Source: Raillietiella orientalis
Taxonomy: Eukaryota
Direction: 5' to 3'
Assembly: GCA_036172245.1 (NCBI GenBank)
Contig: JAYWIR010000004.1
Coordinates: 6,076,001 to 6,140,000, forward strand
Length of the DNA: 64,000 bases
Position 1 is the stretch's first letter; the number at the start of each line of letters is the position of its first letter. Shown one piece after another: positions 25,500 to 38,559 of the stretch. The notes beneath the pieces are model-generated. The model was not told where the DNA came from. It made no database searches and saw only the letters and a program-made list of their open reading frames with translations. Both the position numbers and the translations under genes were made by a program.

Positions 25500-26150
25500 G
25501 CTTCGGAAGGTCCCAGTGTGTTACTACTGGAGTTGGTGCCACTCACCTGCGACTCTTCTGGACTCCTCCATCAGATGATGCCCTCTCCAGGGCAAGGGAT
25601 GAAAGTCCCTCAAAGGGTGAAAAGAAAGGAGAAGCCAGTTCGAAGATCACTTGCGCGGTGTCCTTGAAAAACATTTTCGCGCAACAACGCGCTTGAGCTG
25701 CGAGTTGCCACCACCAGCCCGAGGGCCTTTCTCCTTCCGCATCTTTCCTTCGCCTTTCGCTGCCTTCCCTCTTCCAAGGGGAGCCAAGAGATTCCCCCTT
25801 GTGAGCTTTCTGGATGAGCACGCGGCGCGGAAGGGTTCTCCACACCGAACGCGCTGGAGTCGTGCGTTCCCCGACGTCCTGACACCTCCGCTACCCTTCC
25901 CAGGGTAGCGGAGGCGCGGATGGTTTGACACATGGCTCCTCTGTGCCTCCATCCGGGAGCCGTCTCTGCCGCTTTTTCCGTTGATACTCATGAGGACAGC
26001 TCCGTTCCCCTTCTTTGCCATCCCCTCTACCCCTTCAGGGGTCCAGCAGGTCTGCTGTCGAAGAGTCCGATTTGAGAAAGGGCAGAGGGAAGGAGGGAGA
26101 GAAAATCTTCGAAAGAGCAACTCTCTTGTCCGATCTAGCTGCACCGCCAC
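25500..26150 (-). mobile_element. L1-clade LINE ORF2 fragment
   Basis: MSINGK (LSxxGK/R) followed by WLPLEEGR (LPxxxGG) on the minus strand. Confidence 0.35.
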
Positions 26151-27571
26151 CCTTCCATGCCAACTCGCCCTCAGACCCCAGATTGCTCGTCACTGCCCCG
26201 AGACCATCTTGAGAAGCAGGTACGGTGGTACCCGAAGCACACGCGAGCCACAGGGGGAAGCAGGTCTCCGCAGACGAGCCGATACCTCTCCCTCTCTCTT
26301 TTTTTTTCTTCCTCTTTTTATTTCTTTGCTGACCTTGCTTGAGGATGGAGCGGGAATCCCCAGGAGCACAGGACATTGGGGTGGAGAGGTCACCGTTACG
26401 GACCGGAAACTCGGAGTTGGATGCTGACGTGCAACTTTCCCGGAAAGAAGGAGAGAGGAAGCTCGTTCTGCCCTCCATGGAAAGCCAACTTTTCGGCACT
26501 CCTTGTCTCCGCTCTCCACGCCCTCTGCCCGGAAGAAAGGATGTAGAGGGGACGTCAGATTTTGTAGGAGGAGAGCTGCCGGGACTTACGAGAGCCCTCG
26601 CACAGCTCTTCTTAGCTGCCTCCTTCAAAGGGAAGTGCTCTCGGCCCACGGAGCTTCCTACGATCTCGGCAGATTTACGAGCATTCGATCCGTCTCAGCC
26701 GGAAGACGTCTCCACGCGTCGCCGGTCCTTGTCTCGAGTGCCAGCTGCCGCGAGGCTCCCTCCCTCTCCTTCCTCTTTCCGTCTTGCCTCCTTCCTTTCT
26801 GAAAGCCGACGTTCTGCGAGAAGAAGAAAGAGGAAGGAAGGGTTGCGAAGACTACGGAGGAGAAACGACCTTCCTACGTGGGGACGGCAGCCGTCGGCCA
26901 CCTGGGGTGGAGATGACGGGGTCCTCGGTCCGGCTGTCTCAAGCACTCCTCTGTCTCCTCTCCCGCTCGGTCAGTGCTGGGACCGCGAAAGTCTCCGAAC
27001 GGACAGCGTTTGGGGCGGCTATCATGGAAGCGGGAGCGCTCAGAGCGCATGAGGGCGCTGCCTGATGATCGCACGCCTCGCAGGCTGACGCTTTATCCGT
27101 GAAGGTAAAGATCAGGGGATGTTGCAGAAGTTTCAGGAGTGGAAGGACGACCACAGCTTCTCCCGACTCACCCCATTTGACTCCCCACTCCTTGGACTGT
27201 GCCTCGGTCAAGACGAAGAGGGATGAAGAGGAGGATGAAAATGTCGACGGCAGTGATGAGGAAGAAGGAGCAAGCTGCCGCACTCTCACGGAGGTTCCCG
27301 CAAAGAAGGAATAGAAAACGTTTCACACCCAGGAAGCTCTCTCCCTCCGTCTCAGCAACCACCTTCCCATCTTCCTACGAGTTCTTATATTAAGAAGAGT
27401 GCCTGTGGAGGAGGGGAAGAGGAAAGGGAGGAGGCGAGGAGGGAAATAACGTGGGAGACCTCACTGGACCTCAATTCACTGGACCTCTCTTGTGAGGAAG
27501 AGGAAGGGACAGAGGGCACTCACCATCTTCGCTCATCTTCCCAGGCATGGGCAGCCCCAGGTGCACCTTAA

Positions 27572-29450
27572 TTTCACGCGGTCATGTCGGGGCATTTATT
27601 GCCAAAAAATATTTACAAGAAAACAGTCATATAAAATATAAAATGTACGCCTTAGTAGTGGCTTCACATGACCATTAAAAAAGGAAATGCCTCGGAGACG
27701 CTGCTCCTCGTGAGCAGCTCCCCGATGAGGTCCGCACAGGAGAAGTGGGAAAGTAAACAAAAACAAAAAACCCAAAATTTAGTTTGAAAAAATGCTGGGA
27801 GGTAAGGGAAGGGGTCACAGATTTCTTCCTGGCGTCCTCAGCATCCTCTGGAGGATGTTGGCAACTTCCTCCTGTTCGCAGAGATGTGGCCATCTTGTCG
27901 TCTTCCTCATGAAAGAACATACAACTGCAATGACCTCATCATTCGACTAGTCTCTTTCGGCGCGGCTTCTCGCCGTTACGATTCCATAAAGGTGGCGCGG
28001 AGCTAGAAGGGAAGCTGTAAGAAGCTGCAGTCGCAAACGAAGAGGCTCTGCAAGACTCTGCCGTCATTTAACGTGAGTGGAAGGGCAGCAGCCAAGCGTT
28101 TCCAGACGCTCAGAGGGCAACACAATCCAACAACAGGTACGGGAAGGTTTCCTTTTCCCTCACCTGGCACGGTTTGGGGCTACACTCCTTCTTGACCAGT
28201 GGTGGATTCGTGCGTTATATGGATCTGCCCGGTGCAACAACTGCAATACAGAGTCCTGCAGCTTCAGAGTAAGCGTGGAGCTGCCCATAAACACTGAAAG
28301 TATTTCTCCCTCTTCAAGAGGAATGTCCAGGAGTTCCACCCAGCTACAAATTCCTTTGGGGAAGGCGGCAGGGGTACAGTGCATCAGTCAGTTGACGCGC
28401 CGTCCAGCATCCAGCTGCTTCTTTTTTCCCACGATCTCTCAGGATACTTTCCATCTTGCGGGCGGACCTTCCAGGCCACTTACCTTGTAGGGTCTTTCAG
28501 TCATGCCGCCCTGGAAGTGTCTCGCCGAGCCTCGGAATCTGCGAGGCTCCTCCTGGCTGCAGGCTCTCTGTCTCCCTTTCCTCCGGTCTCTTCTAAAGGA
28601 GGTGGGAGGGAAAAAGAAGCAGTGCGTCTCGTCTTCTGCCTCTGCTTCCTGGCACTGCTTCAGGAGATGCCCTTTCAGCCTTAACTCCGTGTCCGGCATT
28701 CTGGACTGAGGTCGCGCGGTGATACGGCGCACCGCGTGACCTCAGACCTCCGGCACACCGGCTCATACGTCTGCGTCCGCGCTGCCGTCTTCTTTCCCGG
28801 CACTCGGGCAGATGCGTGCGCTCCCTCGGTCTGGAACGAGGAGACTTCGGAGACTCCTCGGAGTCTTCCCTTTTCGCCTCCTCCGCTTCGCACGAAGTCT
28901 CCGGGAAGAGCAGCCTAACTGCTTCCAGCTGCTGCTCACGCCGGAAGAAGTGAGTTTGCAGGCACCCTGCTTCTTTCCTTCTCTCTCTGCGGCACCCTTC
29001 ACATGAAGGACACCGATGCCTCCCACCCGCAGTGAAAGAAAGGTGCTCACTCTTCCCTCCAGAGAGGCCAGGGTCCAGACCAGGCGGAATCAGAAGATCG
29101 TGACCTCGGCTGACATGGAGGGATGGCCTCAGCCTCATAGAAAGCCGTAGAAAGGCATTCCTGGAGGAAGGAGATCGGGTGACGTCGGGTCTCCGAAAGG
29201 CAAAGAAACGGATCTGCTAGGGACATCAGAGTGCCCCAGTCCTTGCCCCGTCCACGAAAGATGCGTTCCCTTGTCTTCCGGAGGTTCCGGGTGCCTGCAA
29301 GGGAGCTCTGACGCACGCCGTCTATTGCTGGAGTGTACCAAGGACGCGGTTCCGAGGGGCTGTTGCTGGCACTGCCGTTTCTTGTCTTGTCGGTCCTTCA
29401 CGTTCCTGGGATTCCCTCCTTGTCGAGAACAGTTAAAAGTCCAGTAGAGG
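27572..29450 (-). mobile_element. L1/Tx1-clade LINE 3' part with intact terminus (copy 3)
   Basis: SLADPFLCL (YADD region), LQDSVLQLLHRADPYNARIH...KETFPYLLLDC (zf-RVT), T-rich UTR, AATAAA plus terminal motif at 27572-27600. Confidence 0.7.
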
Positions 29451-30154
29451 AAGAGCCAAAAAAATCCCTTCTCCTTTCCTCCTTGTCGGCAGCTACTTCG
29501 CGCACAAATAGGGACGAGAGAATGAAACAGGAAGGGACAGAAAGGGAAGGAGGGGGAGTAAAGGAATAACTGGAAGAGACTGGATGGGAAAAGAGGAAAA
29601 ACTCTTTCTTTTCCTGGAACTGGCCACAAACGAGGATTACACACCCAATGGTTCCCTGAGGAAACGCATTCGTCTAGCCTACACCACTCGTTACGGCCTT
29701 GCTCCCTTCGGGAAGAAGGGTCATTGGAAACGGAGGCCGTGCCACTATTCGGAGATGCTGGTGGCTTCGCGCTCCCAAAGATGCTTCAGGTGTGGTGCTT
29801 ACAGCGGTGATCTCGTCGAACCTCCGTGGGTCCTCAAGGAAGGTTCCGGACGGTTCTGGACCTTGCTTTTTCCCCGCGCTACCACAATGGCTGTGCAAAT
29901 GAGCGGGTGGAAGAAATGATTAAGAAGGAGAGGGAAAGAAGTGAAGCCTTCGCTCTCCTTACCACTCTTCACTCCCTCCCTTTCCGATGGTAGTTGCTTC
30001 TACCGCCAGCTGAAAAGAGGAAGAGACTTAGAGAGGTGCTGTTCCTCCGCGGTTTCACCAGAGGAAGACTCGACATAGATCACTTCGGGAGCAAAGCGGG
30101 GATGCGGCACTCAATCTCTAGATTGAGTGCAGCATCTTTCCACGAAGACGTTAC

Positions 30155-30305
30155 ACGAGAGAAGAGAGAGAAGAGAAGGAAGGGAAAAGAAAGAGGAGAA
30201 ACAAAGGAGAGGAAGAGGAGAAAGAGGAGAAAGAAGGGGGGAAAACAGAAGGAGGAAGAGAGCGAAAGACGGGAAGAGAACGGGAAGAGAAATAAAAAAG
30301 GAAGG
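30155..30305. repeat. Purine-rich (A/G) low-complexity tract
   Basis: Almost entirely A and G for ~150 bp. Confidence 0.85.
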
Positions 30306-30989
30306 AATATGGCGGCGTGCGGCTCGGGAAGCCGTAGGGGCACCCAGGTACTGCTGCTCCCGTGAGGCTTCCAGGAATCGATGGCGTCTCGGATCAAACC
30401 AGTCGCAACCGCAGCAGGGAACGCCTCCCCTCTTGTGGTTCCCGGAAGTTGATCAAGTGGAGAGTTGATCCCGAAAACTTCCCTCCTGCCTCTCGGAACC
30501 CTCGCGAGGGACCGCGCAAGCAGGGCTAGCAGACCAGAAGGATCCAGGACGGGGAGCAGGTGGAAGGAAGGGAGGGAGGAGAGGGGAAAACAGGGGAGAG
30601 GAGAAAATAGCGGTCACTAGGGGCATCACGTGATCGCGTGATGCCCCTAGTGTCCAGGAGATCCCCGCCCTTCTCGCGCATAGCAGACATCTCGGAAGGC
30701 AGGAGAGATCCGATGGGAGGGTGAAGTTCAGCCGGCAGAGCAGCGACTGGAGCCCGCGAGGGTCCGTGGCAACGGCGACGGCCCGCAGAGGGAGTGCCTC
30801 TCCGTGCCGGGTTTTCCGCGCCCGTATGCGAACTCCTCCAGCAGTTGCACGAACCCAAGGCATGAGAAAAAGGAGGGGGAGGAGTTGAGGGAGAGGATCG
30901 CCCCCCTTTGGGCAGGAAAGGGACCTTCGCCACTCTGCTGCTGCTCCCCGGAGGCAATCCTTTACCCCTCCCCTCCCCCTTCTCCCTAG

Positions 30990-31600
30990 AGTCTGAGGAG
31001 GGACGCTGGAATGGCATCTGGTCGGGGGTCTTCCCGTGTCTTCCCGGAACGAGCATCGAAGCCCCCTGATCGATGGTCCTCAATCTCCGGCTCCTTTTGT
31101 CGGGAGCAATCAGCCGCGACGGAGGAGTCTCCTGGCAATAATGGCGAATTTGTCACGGCCATTCAGGATGTCTCCTTCAACCCGTCCCTGGAAGGGGACC
31201 TCTTGCGGGGCGAACAATCGGCCACCGCGGAGCCGAAGGGAGCTGCGCTTTGTTCCCCTCGAATGGAATTGCCGATCCTGTTATCTCCTCTCGGAGAACC
31301 GGAGGCGCGAGGAGCGCCGCCCATTGTCTCCCCGCCGCGCGCGCGCGAACTCCCCCAAGTCCCAGAGGATGGCGGGCTCTAGATGTCCCTTCCTCCTCTC
31401 CCCTCCCCATTCCTGTTCCCCTGTGCGCGATGGCGCGCGCTCGAGACCAGCGGGAAACCTCGAGCCGGCGACCCGCGACGCTTCAACGAGCGCTCTGGTG
31501 ATCTGGACGACCTCCGGAAGGAAGGGGCGACCTCTGGCCGTCTCCTCTTGCACTCCGGAGGATCTTGAGCCGCGGACTGCGCCCCCCTCCCTCCCCCCTC
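30990..31600 (+). mobile_element. L1-clade RT core fragment
   Basis: SKPPDRW (EKAFDRV-like) and ANLSRPFRMSPSTRP (NGxxSxPFxxxRGxRQG-like). Confidence 0.35.
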
Positions 31601-32949
31601 CTCTCAGCATTCTCGACCCGAACCTCTAGGAATGCGCTCGTGGCTTCCCGCGCGAAAGTGCTCCGGGCCGCTTCCTGGTGACGGGCCCCTCGCGCCCCTG
31701 CGCCCGCGACGGGACGCTCGTTACCGTCTTCCTCGGGCGCGATTTATGCAGGAGTACAGCGCGAAGCAGGGGGAGGCGATATTGAATTTCATCCAGGCCG
31801 GGCTTCCGGGATCGCGTCCCCTCTGAGTTACGAGCGCATAATGAAGAGCCGGCACCCCGTTCGGAGTACCATTTGGCGCTGCGGGGTGCGCTCGCGGCGC
31901 AGCTCAGCGAAGCCGTCGCTGCGGAGTCCGCCGACCCCCTTCCCGGAGGTAGCTCGTGGCGTTTCCCTCCTCCTCTTTCCTGCGAGACTAGCGCCGCCAC
32001 CACCAAACCTGAGGGGAGGCGTCCCCGAGCCACTCCGGGAGGGAGAGGCGATCGACTGGCCCCACTCCCGACTTCTAGGCCCTCCGCAGCGATGGATGGC
32101 AGCGAGTGGTAGCAGACCTCCGGGGATGCTGTGCTACATCGGGGCAGTAGTCGAGAGTCTCCACGAGATCGAGAGGTGGCAGCACCGGAGGACGGTCGTT
32201 CTCGTTATGAGCGCTCGTGATGAGGATGGCGACCTGACGGGCCCGACTCCCTTCCTGAAACCAAGGGGTGAACTGCTACGACCTGAAGGCTACGTGGACG
32301 ACGCCCTGCCTCCTCCGCTTCTCGGAGAAAAGCATCGCTTCCGATTTCCCGTGCTTTACGTTCGTTCCTGATTGTTCCCTGGACCTGTGCTGAACGCGGT
32401 TTCCTTTCTTTCGGTTGGCGACCTCCGTTTTCAGGTTCGTGCTCTCCCCCCTCCACGCGTGTCTCAGGGCTTGAAACCAGCGGACCCTACCAGAGGACCC
32501 CAGCGCGGACTTCCTCCGAGGAACCGCTGCCTCCGGGCACATGAAGGAGCTCCAGGTTGTCGAAAGGAAAGGGGGCGTCTCCCATCTCGTCTTCCCGTCT
32601 CGGCTTCTCGGGGATGCTCACTTCACCACTACTCGGGGAGAGGGATGGGGTAGCTTTCCCTCCCTGGCGGACTGAGCCAGCCCCCGGGGTTCCGGGCGAA
32701 AAAGCCCCGTGCGCATAGTGAGCGCCATCTTCAAGGTGAAATGGTCGAATCTCGCCGGCACAGACTGGGAAGGATGAGACCGGCACGTCCCGGTCCAGAA
32801 GCGAGGAGGACAGTTGGGGTTCGAGGAGCGGTCGGGGCCATTTCCTTCCCCCCCTCTGCCTCCTTCCTCCCTTCCTCTTCCTCCTCTTCTTCTTTTTGCC
32901 CCCGCGCCTTTCCCTTCCAGATAAAAGAAGAGCAGATATTACTGATCCA

Positions 32950-34520
32950 AGGATTCCCTGATTTTGTTTAATCAATAGGGAGTCCACGGTCCTTGTGTGG
33001 GAGCCACAAAGGAACGAGGCGCTTCTTCGGGGCGAAGATTTCGGAAGCATCGCGGGAGGCAGAGTCACGAAACGGCGGGTAATCCGGATGATGATGGCTG
33101 CGGAGGAAGCAGCGGGTTGCCGCGCTGCCATGACGATGCGACGCTGGTTCAATCGCGGATGGCGGAGGCAACGACCTCCGACGGAGGGAAGCCTCTGAGA
33201 GTGGTGAGTTGCTGCCAGTCCCTTCTCCCGGGAGAAGAAGCGGCTCGCAACGGGGGCTCCCCCTTCCTCCCCCCCCCACCGGATAGGGGGCAGGCACCTG
33301 CAGCGGGGGAGCGGTCTCTTCAATGCCTCATGAACTCCAGAGATAGCCAGGAAGCTGACCATGCATCCAGACAAGGATTCCTGAAAATCCTTTTCTCTTG
33401 CTCCCTTTCTGTCCTTCCAGAAGCCTTTCGCCGTCTGGAGGGCACACCTTGAACGCGATACTGCTGACCAGTCCCGGAATCCTATGCTTCTCCCGGGCAA
33501 CTCTTCTGCGCTTCCCTGCCGGTGCCCACCTCAGGAGAAAGTGAGATCTCGAGACGAGCAGGACGGCAATAGGGAGAAGAGAGGTGCAGGGATTTCCCCG
33601 CTGGATGAAGAGAGGCCGGCAAGAAAAGCACCACCTCCTACGGGGAAGGCAACAGCAGAAAGCCAACCCTGGGGAGAAGGGCGAAACGTGGGTGAGGGGG
33701 AAATGGAAGGAAGAACACAGGGGGGATACTGATCCAGGAGTCGTGGTTGCAGGAACGGGGAGGAGAGGGAGGGGCGAAGCATGCTAAACAGCTGTGCGTC
33801 ATACCTAATTCTCCGAAGGAGGAAGAATTCTCTGCCACTCTTGCAAACCGGGAAGGTTCGAGTCGGCAGGATGCGGGACGCTTGCACGCCTGGCGACGAG
33901 ACGACTCCAAGCCGCCTTTGCTCGGTGACAGAGCCAGGGAAGAGATGAGCAAAAGAACCTCTTCTTGACCCCATATGAAACAAAGTAGCTGGAGATCTCT
34001 GTGAAGACGGTGCGGTTGCCGTCTTCTTTCCTTCTTTTCCTAAACAGTGTGTGGTCTGCCTCGTGGTTCGAGAGGCAGACCACACTCTAATTCTTCTCTC
34101 CCTCCTTCTGTGCCTATTCGAAACGTGACGCTACCGCTTTTCCGGACGGATGGAGGTAGGCAAAGATGCGGAGGGTGATCCAGCTTCCTCATCGCGCCCC
34201 ACGATCGGATATGCTCTTTGGCTCCCACTCTGCAGCCAAAGCTCCGGTCGTTTAGGAACGCTGACAGAGTATAACGAGGACCCAGGAGCGAGAGAGCGAG
34301 GTCGGTGGCATCTCGTCCGCAGAAGACACCTCAGCGAGGGGATCCGCCGCAAAAGAATCCGACTCGGTGTGACTTTTCTACACGTGGCGAGTTCTGTAAC
34401 AGACGAAACGAAGAGAGACCGCTTGGAGGCTTATCGCGGAGTCCTTCCTGCAAGAGGCGAGCCCAGAATCTGACAACGCGCGAAGAGGAAATGGAAGGGG
34501 CTTTTTCCTCCCCTAGCATC
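32950..34520 (-). mobile_element. L1/Tx1-clade LINE ORF2 5' part (APE endonuclease to RT start)
   Basis: In order: LLQEG (LQET), TSIRP (NxYAP), VQASRI (SRID), MTH (SDH), GGAPVASRFF (DGxPxEFY), RFVTL..PK (RPITL..K), LIKQNQG. Confidence 0.45.
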
Positions 34521-35312
34521 CATTGCAGTAGATCTTCTGACCTCCCCTGTAAGCTAACCTCGTCTTTGAGCTGTTACAAACCCCGAGCGCTCGGTGAGGG
34601 CAGTTTTCATTGGTCCTCCTTCGACAGCGGATACGCGGACCACTGGTAGGAAAGGTGAGCCTCCAGCCTTCCTCACATCTTCTGATGAGAAGTCTTCCAT
34701 GAGAAGATTCCTGGAGGATGCGATTCGGATCAGGTAACAACAGCTCAGGAGCCACTACCAAATTATTCTCGGAACGATGCTTCTGAGGAATGAAGCTAGA
34801 AGACAAGAATTCCTGATGTGTGGTGTGCTCGAACGGCTGCAGGAAGAGCAATGAAGCTAGCTTCCGCGATCCCGCGGCGTGAGGAATCTGCCCGCCCAAA
34901 CTAGAGGGAATGAGAAGACAGATGCACGCGTAGGATTAAACGGCGGTGGCTGCGCCTTGCCAAATTGGATTTTTCTTTGCCTCCACTCGCCTGAACCGAG
35001 AACTCTCAAGCTCAATGCAGCTCAAGCTTTCACAGCTGTTGTTCTTGGAGACAAAGGTGAATTTTTTACCATCTACTGGGTAACCAAAACCTGGCGACCC
35101 AGTCCTACAGCAGAAGGAATTCACTTCCACGAAAGAAATCCGCTCTTTGTTCAGGAGGATCCAGGGCACCGACATGCCGCACCTGGGAAAATGGGCGCTA
35201 ATGAAGAGCAGGAGGAGAATGATTAGACTGTGTAACATCTTGTGAACACCATTCTGAGTGATCGCGCTTGGAGAAGTCACTGAGAATAAGAAACATTCTG
35301 CTTGTCAAGAGA

Positions 35313-36323
35313 CTACCTCATCACACCTTTGTAAGCGCACATGAGCCTTAGAAGAAAAAAAGGCACTTTGAGCTCTTGCTTCAGACACCATAACACGACC
35401 GACGCTGAAGCAAACGCTCTTACCTTTATATCCCTCTTTTTTCTCGCCCCTAGTAGATGAGTCGCATGTGCGTAAAGAAAAGCATCTTTTCTCTCAATCT
35501 TCGATGGCAAAATTTTAATCGAGCGGATCGAACGGGCTGGAAGCGCGAGCTCTTAGCCACGAAAGATATGGCTCGCGGAACAGTAGGCCGTCTTCTCTCT
35601 TGGGTGGCCTAAAGCTGCCCTATTGGTCCTTTTTTCCCTTCTTCCTGCGTTCCTTCTCCTTGAAATTACCAACCATTTTTGCACGTTCACCATCATCCCT
35701 GATGTAAGCCAGTATCACCATGACTTCATCGGGAAGCCGATGTCTACAGAACTGTCTAAAGAAAGTTCTGGTAAGATTGTCTCCGAGATAGAAAACTCGT
35801 CCAGGTGAACAACACTCCCGAAGCACCTGATTCTCGAGCTCGGAGAAATCACTCTGATTGACATGGGATAGCAGCATTGCAAGAAACAATCTCTTGTGGT
35901 GAAGCTGCATCAAACATGGTCCGCTTCAAGCAGTTCACTGTTTCAATGATTTCCCGAATGAGATCGAAGCACTTTCTTTTCGTAATGTTTGCACCGTTTC
36001 TTCTTGGGAGTTCTTTCCGCGAAAAATCCAAGCGAATGAACCTTCAGCATCCGTGCAAGAGTTTCCGGTCTGAGTAAAATTCTTACTCAACCTCTTGCGA
36101 GGAGGGGAGGAGAAAGCTGACTGAATACTTCCCAAGTCTCTTGGAATAAATCGGCCGAAATGCAAGAAGCTTCTACCGCGCAGCCCGCAAGTGATGGCAG
36201 CGCCATTAAAGCTGAACACCTGATTCCCATCATCCGGTCTGGAGACATTCCGTTTGAGATACCTATGGGTACTACCAGACAAGAACTTTCCCGGTTATCG
36301 ATAAGCTCTTTCTTGCTCCTCAT
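35313..36323 (-). pseudogene. Degenerate caspase-like gene (possible CARD prodomain plus C14 fold), multiple frameshifts
   Basis: Acceptor-like tttttag just before ATG 36323. Motifs in caspase order across frames: ELIDNR (CARD-like), KELPRRNGANITK, FLAMLLSHV (for SHG), FFRQFCRHRLPDEVMVILAYIR (for CPxLxxKPKxxxxQACR), KDAFLYAHAT (p10 DxLxAxAT). Confidence 0.45.
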
Positions 36324-37820
36324 TCTAAAAATAGAAAAAAGATCCTAGTCTTCCCTTGCTTATTTTGATTACATCTTAAATAACACTGACTAGACGGCGA
36401 ACGATTTAGGTTCCTGGTAAAACTAGTTAAACGGAAAGGTCCTACAATAATGAGGGTCAAGAAGGTTCTAATAACTGCTTCTCAAGTTTTAAAGATGACA
36501 CGAAATTCTGGGGCTGATAATCAACTAGATGCCCCATGGAAGGTTGCCGAAGTACGAAACTGTCCCTTGACTCATTAATTTATTGCATCCCCTTTTATCT
36601 AACCAATTCTATTACTTTTTACTACCTAAAGTGCTTTGGATAGTGGAAACCAACTAATCTATCAATTAAGAAGAGTAACGTACACGCTTTCCCCCCAGAT
36701 CAGCTTGTTTTACAGGAAGAACAATGCTAGTAATTCAACGGTACAAAATAATAACAAACCATTCATTTTATTGTTACAGTTATAAACGTTGGAGCAGCAA
36801 AAGCAAAGGGACGGAGGTGTGACATCAATCATATATCAGTGTGAATGATGTTCAGCTTCCCAGCATCTCGTTCTGCTGAAGACTGAAATCCGATTGTGGA
36901 AGAGCAGCGCGCAAGTTTGGTGAGCGATGACGCGGTTCCATTTTGTCAGCTAAAGTGCTTTCCGCAAGCCAGTTGCCTTCCCCCTTCTGCGGCGGAACCG
37001 AAGGAACCGAGAATTTGCGGAAGCGAGGACGCATCCTTGATGAGGATTCTGCTCGCAGATCGGTTCGAGAACGCGAAGCATCGCTCCGTTCCTCGGAAGC
37101 CGCCTTTCGCGCCTTCATCTCGTTCGAAGGGGTCATTTCCCGAACCTTGCAAGACGCCGCTCAACCCACCCCGTTTTCAAACACTTCACTCTTCCTGTGC
37201 TCAACTTTATCCAAGGCACCGAAGCTCCGAGCCGAAAAGCTTCTCAAGAGTTTTCGAAAATGGAAGATCGTTTTACTGTCGAGCAAGAGCTCCTGTAAAA
37301 GCTCAAGAGCTTCCCCGAAATTTCCTTCACGCAGGAAGCATCCGAAATATCGCCCGTACTAAAGGGCGATATTTCGCATGCTTTCCTGGTCCCGCATTAA
37401 AGGGAGCTGGAATTCCATGCACCGAAAGGTTGCTCATTTGTCGGTGACCGAGATCCGAGTAAATCATCGAAAAGACAATTATATTACTTGCGGCTCAAAC
37501 TTAAGTAATCCATTCTATTGATCAGTTTCCTTCTCTGTACCTCATTAGAAGCTCATTTATCTCGCTCCATCATTTGTAGCACTAATTTCTGTTCTTCAGC
37601 TGTTTCCTTAAAAGATATCGAAAGGACACCGTTTCAGATATTTGCCTTGCCACGTTATCAGTCTGCCAGCATTAAGAGCTGTGAGCCTTCCTTTCTGTGG
37701 AGGCAAAATAATAACAGAGTCAAATCTCCAAAACGAATACGTGATTGCATCAAATCGCGTAATCCCGGAAGTCGAGAAAGGGGAGTGTGTACGCTCAAAG
37801 ATTCGCTTCCGCGGTTACTC

Positions 37821-37867
37821 GGAGAAAACTCTCCCCGAGAAAGGAGAAAACTCTCCCCGAGAAAGGA
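37821..37867. repeat. Perfect 22-bp tandem duplication
   Basis: GGAGAAAACTCTCCCCGAGAAA x2. Confidence 0.9.
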
Positions 37868-38559
37868 TAAATATCTGCACGATGCTTTAGTAATTTACGA
37901 CACGATAGTTATGTTAAAATCATTGTTATAAGGGGGCCTCGAACTGCTAAAGTGGACACGAAGAGGTAATCCATTACCGTGATGATCCCTTGAAAACAGT
38001 GGCAACCGTCGCAGGATTTTTCAACCTCATGCCGCAAGACTGAGATTCATTAGTTTGCTAGTCAGATTAATTTTCCGCAACCACAAGGGTTCGAGCGTGC
38101 TCTATCGGCGTCTCACACATTTTGAAGCTTGCAATTTTATCTCCATGATCCTCTCAAATTATTTCGGATTGCTCTTCTCGAGGGTCATTCCTTTTTTTTT
38201 TTGTTTTTTTTATTCCTATGCTGGATGCTTCTTGCTGCCATGGATCAGCACCAGAGAGAGAGAGCTTCCTGCCATTCACGAATCGGATACCTGCAAGGCT
38301 CCTTTCGATTCGTGAATGGCAGGAAGAAAGCCCCTTTTTCAGTTTGCCAGGAATCTTCATCGGCGCGCTTGTTAGCCCGGAGGTTCTTGAATACGCAAGA
38401 ATTTCATATTCCCAATGTTTTCAGGTTTCTCTGAATGCGTTGCGGTTGCTCCAAGACGAAAACCGGGCTCATTAGAGCTAAGAGTGAAAGCAGGTTGCAA
38501 AAATGAAGAGTCACCAAATTTCCGTGAACTCCTCGACGCTCAGGAGAAGAAGAAAAAGA

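Noticed and set aside
32487..33500. Long 337-aa ORF (and the 365-aa ORF at 61140-62237) as novel genes
   Set aside because: GC-rich decayed LINE sequence with scattered RT motifs and R/G/S/P-biased composition. No splice or codon evidence of a host gene.
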